Assembly (NCBI GenBank): GCA_965223425.1
Contig: OZ245003.1
Span: 1,568,001 to 1,632,000 of the forward strand
DNA from: Nitrosopumilus sp.
GTDB taxonomy: Archaea > Thermoproteota > Nitrososphaeria > Nitrososphaerales > Nitrosopumilaceae
Length of the DNA stretch: 64,000 bases
Direction of reading: 5' to 3'
How positions within the stretch are numbered: the stretch's first letter is position 1; the number at the start of each line of letters is the position of its first letter. The position numbers and the translations under genes are program-made. Below the pieces are notes generated by a model. That model saw only the letters and a list, made by a program, of their open reading frames with translations, did not search any database and was not told where the DNA came from. Shown here piece by piece: positions 29,139-39,147 of this stretch.

Positions 29139-29767
29139 AGATCACCATCCACAACTTTGCTTCTCTCACTTGTGACAGTCTCAGAGTCGAGTCCGGAGAT
29201 GCCGTATACTCCGTCATGAATCTCAGATATCATCTCATCGACTGTTTGTTTCCGGTCGTTCCATGCAGACACGTCAGGATGTGTGATCCCCATGAGATTC
29301 ATCACCTCGCTCCCGCCGCTTCCGTATCCCGGCATGACATATTTGTCTGTGATCAGAAACGCGCCGTGTCTCTTCCAGAACCTAATTCTGTCAGTCTTTT
29401 TTCGGATGTCCGGCTCCATTTCCTGCTGGATCTCCATGAGCATGACTGGGATCTCCGCAGAGAGGACATTTGACTTTAGGTACCATACCATCTCCCCTCC
29501 TATCCCTTTTCCGCGCATGTTCTTGCGGACTGCCATATAGTCAATCAGCACAAAGTGTTTTGAGAAATACAGCAGCATTACACCCACTATTGACTTGTCC
29601 ATCAATGCCACGAACATTTTGTACCTGTCATCGCCTGCAAGAAGCGACACAGTGGCATCCACGGGCCGAACCTCATTTGCCGGAAACGCCTGGATATAAA
29701 TGTCGACTGCCTGTGCAAACGCATCAGAATCATAGTCATCTAGCATGCTGATTTGTATCTCATCCAT
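29135..29767 (-). CDS. GNAT-family acetyltransferase
   Basis: IDYMAVRKNMRGKGIG, RIRFWKRHG. Confidence 0.85.
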   Translation of the reverse strand: MDEIQISMLDDYDSDAFAQAVDIYIQAFPANEVRPVDATVSLLAGDDRYKMFVALMDKSIVGVMLLYFSKHFVLIDYMAVRKNMRGKGIGGEMVWYLKSNVLSAEIPVMLMEIQQEMEPDIRKKTDRIRFWKRHGAFLITDKYVMPGYGSGGSEVMNLMGITHPDVSAWNDRKQTVDEMISEIHDGVYGISGLDSETVTSERSKVVDGDL

Positions 29768-30396
29768 ACGAACACAACAGTTGGTTTACATCGGGCAATT
29801 AAATCAGTATCGAAGCATGTGCGCATGATTGGACAGGACAGAATTTGAAAATATCCAGCTTGATGAAGAACGTCTGCTATGACGTTAAAACCGGCCATAA
29901 ACTGAGGGAATAATGTACCCAGACCAGATAGAGACTGTTAAAAAATTCATGCCGAAATTCGGATGCATACAGAACCACATAATCAGGTTTGTACGGGCGC
30001 ACAGGCTGCTGGATGGCGTGGAGGACAAAAAATGCTCGATGATGGTACATGAGATGAGAATTGGGGGGTGTGCATATGTGTATAATGGTGCATCCCTTGG
30101 AGTCAAATCCGTCTTCTGCTCGGACTTGGAGTGCTTTTTGGGCGGTCTTGACAGAACTTCTGTCGTAAAATTCATCGGTGATAAAAAAATGACTGGCAAA
30201 AAGCAGTCATCAGCGACTTGATAATAATTGCAAAAAAGTGCTATCTGTGCGGTATTGAGATGCCGGAGGTGCGCGACCACTTGAGGGCAAATCAGGGGAA
30301 ATACGTCATAACAGGCGTTGCAAGAAGGTGCAGGTACGGACACTTGGTGCCAAACGATTTTGAGGATGAGCACTAGATTTAGACAGGAGATTAAAA

Positions 30397-30654
30397 ATGA
30401 TTAGAATAGTCCACAACAAAAATGAGAAATACGATATTTTAATCGACAGGACGGGCAAGTGGGGAAATCCATTTGTCATCCCAAGAGACGGCACACGCAG
30501 GGAGGTTATTGCAAAGTATCGCGCGTGGATCATGACACAGCCACAGCTGATCGCAGATCTGCCCAGACTAAAAAACAAGGTTTTGGGATGCTGGTGCAGT
30601 CCCAAGCCATGTCACGGGGATGTACTGAAAGAATTGGCAGAGGCCGAGCAATGA
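30397..30654 (+). CDS. DUF4326-like protein
   Basis: IDR..KWGNPF, LGCWCSPKPCHGDVL. Confidence 0.85.
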   Translation: MIRIVHNKNEKYDILIDRTGKWGNPFVIPRDGTRREVIAKYRAWIMTQPQLIADLPRLKNKVLGCWCSPKPCHGDVLKELAEAEQ

Positions 30655-30694
30655 AACTTTTTAAAGATTCAAGACCGCACAGATACTATAAACC

Positions 30695-30774
30695 CGTCAT
30701 GGATGGGATTTGAAACCGTGGTACACGATCAGTGGTTTTCAGTCACCCGCCATACCTAACTTGGCGACCCTGAC
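30695..30774 (-). pseudogene. degenerate copy of the Ser-like tRNA(GAA)
   Basis: 5' 27 nt identical to the 5168 copy; CTGAAAA loop kept; mismatches in acceptor, anticodon and T stems; shorter variable region. Confidence 0.75.
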
Positions 30775-30803
30775 GAGTTTGATTGTTTTTTAAGAATTAA
30801 AAC

Positions 30804-31253
30804 ATGTCGTCAAATCCTTGTAAATATACAATGCCATTGAATGAATCAAAGTTTGTAGTCTCCTATGGCGGCGGTGTGAACTCCACTGCAATGATAATAT
30901 GGCTAATCACCCACAAAAGGCCGATTGACTGTGTCATATTTTCAGATACCGGAAACGAGGTGCCTGAAACCTACAAATACATAGAACGGCACATGGGGCC
31001 GTATCTGGAAAAACGCAACATTCCGTTTGTTGCAGTATACAACTATTCAAAAATATCCCTGTGGGCAAAATGCATGGTAAGAAGGGTATTCCCCGACACG
31101 TACCGCAGATGGTGCACAGGGGATTTCGAGGTACGACCAATACGCCGATTCTACCGGACTCAAAAAAACGGTTCTGTAACGTTGTTGGTACATGAGATAT
31201 GGATCAAACCTACTTATATAATACACGTGTGTTTACTAAACGATAGAAAATGA
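30804..31253 (+). pseudogene. PAPS-reductase-family (PP-loop) protein, C-terminally truncated
   Basis: VVSYGGGVNSTAM, FSDTGNE, RWCT; similarity ends after about 120 aa. Confidence 0.7.
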
Positions 31254-31549
31254 AGAGTGTGTTTAGATTCTGGGATAATATTTTTATCGAATTTGCTTTA
31301 TTGATATCTTTGTTAACAGCTGGCATTATGGTTGCCATGCAATATGGTATCAATGACGTGTATTCAGTTCTTGCAATAGTTGCAATTTTTGCCATTGCAT
31401 CACTGTTTATGATTCGTACATGTGCGTATATTGTATATCAACATTGATCAACAGATACCATTAGCATACATATATCCCATGTACCGACAACGTTATAGAA
31501 CCAAAAAAACAAAAAACACTTATCCCTCCACCATTAATAAAAAACAAGA

Positions 31550-32365
31550 TTGAAAAAGATAACCGCCAATCCGATATCCTACCGCCTCAAGGAGGTTCCG
31601 ATTAATTCCGTAACTGTCTGGGACGAGGCGCAGTCAAGGACACTTGATCATGACGGCATATCCTCACTTGCAAAATCTATCCAGCAGGAGGGACTGCAGA
31701 ACCCTCCAATGGTGCAGAGAAATGGCAAAGATGAGTACCTGCTGATGGCAGGACAGAGAAGGCTGGAGGCGCTCAAAAAGCTCGGCGCCAAGACCATTCC
31801 CGTACTCGTACTTGATAATGACAGTGCCTGTGACATAATTGACGCAAAGGCAGTATCTGTGATAGAGAACGTACACAGAAAGGAGATGAACCCGTCGGAC
31901 ATGACAGCATCATGCCAGTTTTTGGTGGAAAAACTTGGCAGGGCAGATGCCGCAAGGGCCCTTGGGATAAAGTCCTCCACTCTGCGCGAGCACCTCGGAT
32001 TTTCCGTGGTGCCGGGCAGAATAAGAAAGATGGTGCCAAAACAGATATCAAGGCGCGACGCAATACGCATATGCCGGAAGGTTCCGTCAGAATCACGGGC
32101 AGAGGAAATAATACAAAAGATAGCAAAGTATGACGTGGCAAAGAAAAGGAGATACATCGATGCGCTGGAACATCTGGGCGGAAGTGCCGAACTCTCAGAA
32201 ATCTCAAAACAGGCAAACTTGTTCAGGGCAAGGCAGAACATACAGGTAAAAATATCAAAAAGACAGGCAATGGGACTGGCAAAAATATCAAAGGAACAGG
32301 AGATGGAGCCGTCAGAGATGGCACACAAGATAGTATCTGACTACCTCCTGCGAAGAGGATACTGA
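31550..32365 (+). CDS. ParB/RepB/Spo0J family protein with RHH-like C-terminus
   Basis: SLAKSIQQEGLQNP, LMAGQRRLEA, ENVHRKEM. Confidence 0.85.
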   Translation: MKKITANPISYRLKEVPINSVTVWDEAQSRTLDHDGISSLAKSIQQEGLQNPPMVQRNGKDEYLLMAGQRRLEALKKLGAKTIPVLVLDNDSACDIIDAKAVSVIENVHRKEMNPSDMTASCQFLVEKLGRADAARALGIKSSTLREHLGFSVVPGRIRKMVPKQISRRDAIRICRKVPSESRAEEIIQKIAKYDVAKKRRYIDALEHLGGSAELSEISKQANLFRARQNIQVKISKRQAMGLAKISKEQEMEPSEMAHKIVSDYLLRRGY

Positions 32366-32424
32366 CTTAAAAATTTGAAACCAGCCTCTGTCCTGACCGT
32401 ACCGGGCCGTCTGAAAAAATAATC

Positions 32425-33291
32425 ATGCCGTACAAATGCCTGTGTCCGAGGCCGCACCTTTATGAGGACCGTCACAACGGGGAGATCTGCTGCTCTGTGT
32501 GCGGAACGGTACTTGACTGCGGCACTCCATGTGCCACGGTGCATGCTGAAAAAAACAACCTTGGAATGGATAACTACGGGATAGGAACAAAGCCCGTAGG
32601 CGTGAGAACCGGCCGCATTATCCCGACTGAAACTATGGCAAGCAAGATTTGCCGCAAACGCACGCCAGAGGCCGGGCTGTTTAAGGCGATGATGCCAATA
32701 CTTGAGAAAATTTCGGCCCCGAGGCACATGATGGACGGGTCGTTTATGTTTGGCAGAAAGGTGATCGCCAGCGGGATTGCCAAGAACCGGATGACAGTCG
32801 CAGTAGCTGCCGCCTGCATACTTGCAGTCAGCAGGACTTACAGAAAGGTGATATCTGAGAAGGAGATGGCCGCAATTGCAAACATAGAGAAGAAGAATAT
32901 CGGCAGGGTATACAGGATTATCCAGAAGGAGTTTGGCATTCCTGCTGCGGACCTGTCCCACAGAACGCGGGCGATAATCTCAAAGTCGTGTGCCATGCTG
33001 GGAATTTCAATGCACCTGCAACGCGAATCACTTGAGCTCTTTTCCGTGCTTAACCACCGCGAGATGACTCACGGAAGGAATCCGTACGTCGTGGCAGGTG
33101 CAGTCATATACATGGCTGCAAAAAAACACGGCAATGGGGTGACATTTAAAAAAATGTCAAGCGTGTGCGACGTGACGGCAAATGGGATTATAAACGCCTA
33201 CGAAAAGTTTGCGTGCTGTGACGTGACAAGCGGTGGGGCCGCCGGCGGCCGGAAGAAAATGAGGCCGGCAGGCACTGGTCGACATGAATAG
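32425..33291 (+). CDS. tfb: transcription factor B (TFIIB) homologue
   Basis: Zn ribbon C..H...GEICCSVCGTV; two cyclin repeats (VAAACILAVSR, GRNPYVVAGAVIYMA). Confidence 0.8.
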   Translation: MPYKCLCPRPHLYEDRHNGEICCSVCGTVLDCGTPCATVHAEKNNLGMDNYGIGTKPVGVRTGRIIPTETMASKICRKRTPEAGLFKAMMPILEKISAPRHMMDGSFMFGRKVIASGIAKNRMTVAVAAACILAVSRTYRKVISEKEMAAIANIEKKNIGRVYRIIQKEFGIPAADLSHRTRAIISKSCAMLGISMHLQRESLELFSVLNHREMTHGRNPYVVAGAVIYMAAKKHGNGVTFKKMSSVCDVTANGIINAYEKFACCDVTSGGAAGGRKKMRPAGTGRHE

Positions 33292-34060
33292 CAGGGAGGA
33301 AAGCTCGATGCTGGAATGGTATCCGAAAGTAAAAAGTTTGGACATACCCCAGCCGCAGACGGAAATGGTGGAAATTCCAAACGAGGACTTTTTGGAACTC
33401 GTTGGGAGCGGCAATTGCACTCTCAGGCAATACCAGAAGCGGTTCTCGGACATACTTGACTCACTTGCGCCGTTTCCTGTTTTTTTGCGCAGTGACTGCT
33501 CAAGCCAGAAGCACTCGTTCAAAAGAACATGCAGGCTCCCGGACAAAAAATCGCTGCTGGGCCATATCCTTGAGCTTGTGGACTTGAATTTTGCATGTGG
33601 GCTGACTGACAACGCGCTGGTGTTCCGCAAGTGGCTTGATCTGGACGCGGGCTTTGCGGCATTTGACGGGCTGCCAATAAACACGGAAGCAAGGGTATTT
33701 CTCAATCGCGGTAAAGTACAGTGCATTCATCCGTACTGGCCCGAGGAGGTAATAGAATCATGGATCTGGCATAGGAGCAAGTTGGAGGCTCAATTTGGGG
33801 GAAAACTGCCAAACGCAATAAATCCGAGATGGAGGGAAATCCTAAAGTCACAAAACGACATGGTGACAAAATCAAGGCCCATCCTTGAGAAATACTCAAG
33901 GAAGATAATAGACAGGATCGGCGACGGGTACTGGAGTGCCGACTTTGCGTTTTGTCGGGACGGGCTGTGGTATATGATAGACATGGCCAAAGGCGATGTG
34001 TCATACCACCATCCCGCATGCAGGTTTGACAGTCGCGGAACGGGGGTGTCTCATGGTTAG
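33284..34060 (+). CDS. ATP-grasp domain protein (R2K-like)
   Basis: PVFLRSD..SQKH, EARVF, PYW, WSADF...WYMID. Confidence 0.65.
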   Translation: MNSREESSMLEWYPKVKSLDIPQPQTEMVEIPNEDFLELVGSGNCTLRQYQKRFSDILDSLAPFPVFLRSDCSSQKHSFKRTCRLPDKKSLLGHILELVDLNFACGLTDNALVFRKWLDLDAGFAAFDGLPINTEARVFLNRGKVQCIHPYWPEEVIESWIWHRSKLEAQFGGKLPNAINPRWREILKSQNDMVTKSRPILEKYSRKIIDRIGDGYWSADFAFCRDGLWYMIDMAKGDVSYHHPACRFDSRGTGVSHG

Positions 34061-34271
34061 AATGATAGGATACACGGACGTGAAGGTCATGGAAGTGCGT
34101 GACGGCAAAACGACACTGGAAGTTACAGTTGATGAGCGCGAATATATAGTCACAGTTGATGTCACATCTGACACAATTGTCGGCGGCGGGCCGTCATTGT
34201 CCAGAACAGACAGGACTCTCCTCTCAAACGGCATCATCCGCGCAATCAAGGAAGGCAGGGAACCGCAATGA
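34053..34271 (+). CDS. small hypothetical protein between 21-bp direct repeats
   Basis: ATG overlapping the upstream gene end. Confidence 0.5.
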   Translation: MVRMIGYTDVKVMEVRDGKTTLEVTVDEREYIVTVDVTSDTIVGGGPSLSRTDRTLLSNGIIRAIKEGREPQ

Positions 34272-34616
34272 TGAGCGGTCTCATGGCATCGCAATCGACC
34301 AGTCCCGCATGCAGGTTTGACAGGTAGGTAGGTTGCCAGTAAACGTATACACGTGCGACTGTGGCAAAATAATTACCGGAGAGGACAACTGGCTGAGGCA
34401 CAAAAGGCACTACAACATACATCCAGATGAAAGCTGCAAGTAGACATACAGAAGAAACAATGGGGCTGTGTCATTAAATGGGTTATGTAGACTATTCCGT
34501 GTATAATTTCTGCAAAAAATGCGAACTGAAATTTTTGAAAACAAAGGGTGGAATATGTCCGGAGTGTCACAGGAGGGCGCGATTAGGCCCGTGCTTGCGC
34601 AGATACATTCCAAGAA

Positions 34617-35876
34617 ATGGCGAGGTCCAAAAGAAAAGGTACTAGACTTGCAAGACAATATTATCGGCGTGTAAAAAATATGGACAGGATAACAAAGTAC
34701 TCCAACCAAATAATGGGGGACTTTTCCTTTCTGACACGGAGTGATTCTGGTGAAATTCTTTACTATGAAAATGGAGTATACCGTCCAGGAGGCGGGGTGG
34801 TGATAGAGGTTGAGGCGTACAAACGCGTGAAGAACTGTAACATTAGAATCTGTCAGGAGATAACAAACAGGATTCGCCGCATCACCCAGACCGGCCCGAT
34901 GGCATTCAATTCCAATCACGACCTGATTAACGTGAAAAACGGACTGTTAAACGTAAAAACCGGACAGTTTCTGCCCCATTCCCCAGAGATTCCATTCACA
35001 AATCAGATGAGTGTCATTTATGACAGGACGGCAAAGGCAGAAAAGTTTGAGCAATTCATGAAACAGATACTTCCTGAGAAGGAGCAAACCACAGTATATG
35101 AGATGTTTGCAGCCCCACTCATCCATAATCTTGACTTGGGAAAAATAATGATTTGTGTCGGGGAGGACCCCGGAGGCAAGTCCACACTCTTTGGAGTGAT
35201 GGGGGAGATATATGGGGATGACTGTATCCATGTTCCGATAAATGAAATGATGGCGTTTCATTCCCTGCTGCTGCAAAAAAAACTCAACATCTCCGATGAC
35301 ATACACATCACAAAAAAGGATCTCAAACTACTCAGAAATCTAATCACAAAAAAAGACATGGGCGACACGTGCAAAATGGCGCGTCTGTTCTTCTCATGCA
35401 ACGTAATTGACTGGAAGGGCGGTGAGGAGGACATATTTCGCAGGATAGATTTTGACGTGTCATTCACATCAGGGACAGAAAACCCCAATCTCCTAGATGA
35501 GTTAACTGAAGAGAAAAGCGGCATACTCAACATACTGCTCTCCCATGCAAGGACCCTGCAAGAGAACGGCAGACTCACGCACAGCTATGGGAAAAAATCT
35601 GACAGGCAGATGGGGAATTCATCCAAAACAGATGTGGATGACGCGGTGGTTGACTTTGCGAATGCGTACATTATTCAGTCCGACGACGGCATGGAACCCA
35701 AGGACGGGATGTATGAAAAGTTTGCAATCTTTTGCAAACAGAACAATATACATCCCATGAGCCAATGGTATTTTTCAAAAAAACTGGCAAAACTTGGATA
35801 TAAGTGGAAGAAGAAAAGATTTGACGGACTGCCACAAAATGTCTGGTTGGATGTCAAATTGAAGAGCAGTCTCTAA
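34617..35876 (+). CDS. degenerate D5/P4-type SF3 helicase paralogue
   Basis: INVKNGLL D5_N region; Walker A GEDPGGKST; deletions relative to the downstream paralogue. Confidence 0.75.
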   Translation: MARSKRKGTRLARQYYRRVKNMDRITKYSNQIMGDFSFLTRSDSGEILYYENGVYRPGGGVVIEVEAYKRVKNCNIRICQEITNRIRRITQTGPMAFNSNHDLINVKNGLLNVKTGQFLPHSPEIPFTNQMSVIYDRTAKAEKFEQFMKQILPEKEQTTVYEMFAAPLIHNLDLGKIMICVGEDPGGKSTLFGVMGEIYGDDCIHVPINEMMAFHSLLLQKKLNISDDIHITKKDLKLLRNLITKKDMGDTCKMARLFFSCNVIDWKGGEEDIFRRIDFDVSFTSGTENPNLLDELTEEKSGILNILLSHARTLQENGRLTHSYGKKSDRQMGNSSKTDVDDAVVDFANAYIIQSDDGMEPKDGMYEKFAIFCKQNNIHPMSQWYFSKKLAKLGYKWKKKRFDGLPQNVWLDVKLKSSL

Positions 35877-35879
35877 TAG

Positions 35880-37955
35880 ATGGAAAAACCGGAAGTGGAG
35901 TCTGTGGATTCCCTAGTAAAGTTATTTTCAAAAAAGTTTGGATGCGATCCTGTCAGACTGTCGGCATTTGTCAAAGACCAGACTGCGGAAAATCCCGGAA
36001 AAGTGGTATGTGGGATGGGTGACCACAAGATCGAAAATGAGGAAACAATCCATACTTTTGATGGCGAATCATACAATCTGCAAAGCAATTTCTGCTCGAA
36101 CTTGGAGTGCTTTCTGAGTGGACTGGAGGAGGGAACAATTGATGTGCTTGATGGGAATGATCCAAATCTGAAAAAGCCTGCAAAGAAAAAGGCAAAAAAA
36201 CGCGTCAACACCCCAGATGGGGCCGATGAGGGGGACGAGATTACCCACATTGACTATGCCAGGGAGATTATGGGGGAACATTATTTCCTGACACTGAAGG
36301 ACACTGGTGAAATACTGTACTATGAGGACGGGAGGTACCGCTTTGGCGGAGAGGTCGTAATCACGGAAGAAGCATACAAGGTCGTGCCAGTCTGCAGAAT
36401 CAGCATACTGCGCGAGATCATCCAGTTTATCAAGGCAGACACGTTTGTGGAGCGGGAAATCTTTGATGCGGATCCCGACATCATTAACGTGAAAAACGGA
36501 CTGATCAACATACGCACAAACGAATTCATGGAGCACACCCCAAACATTCCCTCAAGGCAGCAGCTTGATGTGATTTATGACAAGAGTGCAAGGGCGGAAA
36601 AGTTTGAGCAATTCATGGAACAGGTGATGCCTGATTCACAGGAAAAGGCCACAATCTGTGAGATGTTTGCCGCCCCACTGCTACCGAAACTAAACCTCGA
36701 GCTGATAATGGTGTGTGCGGGAGAGGGCTCGAACGGAAAATCGACTTTGTTGAAAATTATGGACAATCTGTATGGCGATGATGCCTGCTCACACGTGTCA
36801 ATACACGATCTGATTGACAACCGGTTCTTCCGCGCGTATCTTGACGGGAAGAAACTCAACATCTGTGCCGATATCAGCAGTGACGAGATGAGTGATTTAA
36901 AAATCATAAAGAGTCTGGTCACGCGTGAGAAAATAACCGTAGAGAAGAAGAACCTGCCTCCGTTTGACATGATAAATACGGCAAGCATGTTCTTCTCGTG
37001 TAACAGACTGCCCGACGTAAAGGAGGATACCGATGCCGTGTTCCGTCGGTTTCGAATTCTGAATTTTGAACAGCAGTTTTCCGGCGATCAGATCAATCCA
37101 TATCTGTTTGATGAGTTGTTGGAGGAAAAAAGCGGCATACTCAACATACTGCTCTCCCATGCAAGGACCCTGCAAGAGAACGGCCGCCTGACATATGGCA
37201 TCAATATCCGCCAGACGCGGAAGGAGTGGAGGGAAGGCGTTGATACTGTTCAGAACTTTTTATCGGCATGTACGGAGGATGTTCAGGGGCAGAACGTTCC
37301 AAAGAACGAGCTGTATCAGAGATATACAAAATTCTGCAGGGGGCGTGGGGATTTGCCAAAGTCAAACAACGGATTCTCCCTGAAAATAACCAGCTTTGGC
37401 TACACGTGGAGGAAGATGTGGCATGAGGGGAAGGGTCAGAACGTGTGGATAGACCTGAAACTAAAGAAGGAGGGGAATAGTAGAGACAAAAATGGTCCAG
37501 GAGATGGGGATGAGATAAGGGCCGTCCCCCATTTGGAGACTGAGAATCCTGATGTAAAATCCAAAGATGGAGACTTTGTGGATGTGAAACCAAAAGATGC
37601 CACTGACTATGAGAATGTGACTTTGGGCGGAAAACCGGAATATGTGGAGGGAGACGAGCCCGGTGTTGGTGTCTTTGTGGATATTTTTACTAATTTGGCC
37701 AAATCCGGCGATGTGGATAGAAAGGAACTGGCCGAAGAGATGGTGAAGAGTGAAAAGTGGAATGAAATGGAGGCAGAAAAGTTGATAGACAATATAATCA
37801 AATCAGGGAGAATCAAGTCAGTCTCAGAAGGAAGGGGTGGGAAATTTTTCTGTGAAACATGCAATGCAGGTCCGTTCACCTCCGGTTCCATGGCCTTTGG
37901 AGGCAAAAAAATTGAGGAATACCATAAAAACCACAAAACAAGGGAGATAGAATGA
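35880..37955 (+). CDS. D5/P4-family SF3 replicative helicase with N- and C-terminal Zn motifs
   Basis: INVKNGLI, GEGSNGKST, NICAD, FFSCN, AVFRRF, winged-helix C domain. Confidence 0.9.
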   Translation: MEKPEVESVDSLVKLFSKKFGCDPVRLSAFVKDQTAENPGKVVCGMGDHKIENEETIHTFDGESYNLQSNFCSNLECFLSGLEEGTIDVLDGNDPNLKKPAKKKAKKRVNTPDGADEGDEITHIDYAREIMGEHYFLTLKDTGEILYYEDGRYRFGGEVVITEEAYKVVPVCRISILREIIQFIKADTFVEREIFDADPDIINVKNGLINIRTNEFMEHTPNIPSRQQLDVIYDKSARAEKFEQFMEQVMPDSQEKATICEMFAAPLLPKLNLELIMVCAGEGSNGKSTLLKIMDNLYGDDACSHVSIHDLIDNRFFRAYLDGKKLNICADISSDEMSDLKIIKSLVTREKITVEKKNLPPFDMINTASMFFSCNRLPDVKEDTDAVFRRFRILNFEQQFSGDQINPYLFDELLEEKSGILNILLSHARTLQENGRLTYGINIRQTRKEWREGVDTVQNFLSACTEDVQGQNVPKNELYQRYTKFCRGRGDLPKSNNGFSLKITSFGYTWRKMWHEGKGQNVWIDLKLKKEGNSRDKNGPGDGDEIRAVPHLETENPDVKSKDGDFVDVKPKDATDYENVTLGGKPEYVEGDEPGVGVFVDIFTNLAKSGDVDRKELAEEMVKSEKWNEMEAEKLIDNIIKSGRIKSVSEGRGGKFFCETCNAGPFTSGSMAFGGKKIEEYHKNHKTREIE

Positions 37956-38580
37956 GTTATGGAAGCGATCGGAAAAAAAATTCATTCCAGTTGTGATTTT
38001 GATATTTTGGAAAAATTGGTTTTGAAAAGTTGTAAAAAATTGAATATCATATATGAAAACGGTAAAAATAGAGTGGTAATAGTTATGATGATCGCTAACC
38101 TTCCAACTTCTTCCAGACTACCTTCATTTCCACTCTCTAGATTTTCGCCTTTTTTGGTAAAAAATGCGATCTTTTTTAGATTTTCTGATCGCAAAATTTT
38201 GTTTTTTGGTGAAAATGACGAAATTCGTTAAAATCCTAAAATTTGAACGGTTAATAATGGCAAATTCCAGTCATTTTTGGAAATTTTAGCGAATTCCGAA
38301 GTTCTATAGGCAGACATCACAAATTAGACAAAAACAAAAAATTTTGATCGCAAAAATTTCGTGCCTAGAATTTGGTGAAAATCGGCCAAAAAACCAATTC
38401 CTTCCAGTCATTCCAGTCATTCCAGTCTTATATTTAGCCCATATAATTGATAAAAATGCGATCCATTTGCCTAAAAAGTGCAGTTATACGGGCTAAATAG
38501 AAAAAGACTGGAATGGCTGGAATGTGGAACATAATTTACAGACCCAGTTCCAACTGGTGCATATCCATCTAATTGGTCAT
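37956..38580. promoter_or_regulatory. AT-rich non-coding putative replication origin with inverted repeat
   Basis: ttccagtc x3 at about 38402-38427; imperfect inverted repeat about 38409-38447 / 38483-38524; recurring gatcgcaaaa / aaaatgcgatc. Confidence 0.6.
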
Positions 38581-39078
38581 GGAACGTCATTTTTGTAAAA
38601 ACGGACTCCAAATTGACAGATAACTGGAATGAATGGAACGTCATTTTTGTAAAAACGGACTCCAAATTGACAGATAACTGGAATGAATGGAACGTCATTT
38701 TTGTAAAAACGGACTCCAAATTGACAGATAACTGGAATGAATGGAACGTCATTTTTGTAAAAACGGACTCCAAATTGACAGATAACTGGAATGAATGGAA
38801 CGTCATTTTTGTAAAAACGGACTCCAAATTGACAGATAACTGGAATGAATGGAACGTCATTTTTGTAAAAACGGACTCCAAATTGACAGATAACTGGAAT
38901 GAATGGAACGTCATTTTTGTAAAAACGGACTCCAAATTGACAGATAACTGGAATGAATGGAACGTCATTTTTGTAAAAACGGACTCCAAATTGACAGATA
39001 ACTGGAATGAATGGAACGTCATTTTTGTAAAAACGGACTCCAAATTGACAGATAACTGGAATGAATGGAACGTCATTT
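38581..39078 (+). repeat. 54-bp perfect tandem repeat, 9 copies plus a partial (iteron-like)
   Basis: ggaacgtcatttttgtaaaaacggactccaaattgacagataactggaatgaat starting at 38581, 38635 ... 39013, partial at 39067. Confidence 0.97.
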
Positions 39079-39147
39079 GATGGTACACAAACTCTCGTTT
39101 TTCAATTTTGATGTAACTTTGTCCAAACTTTTGGTCAAAGTATCTAT

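Noticed and set aside
29885-30373. ORFs on either strand between the GNAT and DUF4326 genes
   Set aside because: Look like decayed fragments; no family recognised.
37959-38231. ORFs in the AT-rich region after the helicase
   Set aside because: Low-complexity A/T tracts with no protein-like features; better explained as non-coding origin DNA.
38581-39078. CRISPR array
   Set aside because: Units are fully identical with no unique spacers, and no cas genes are present.
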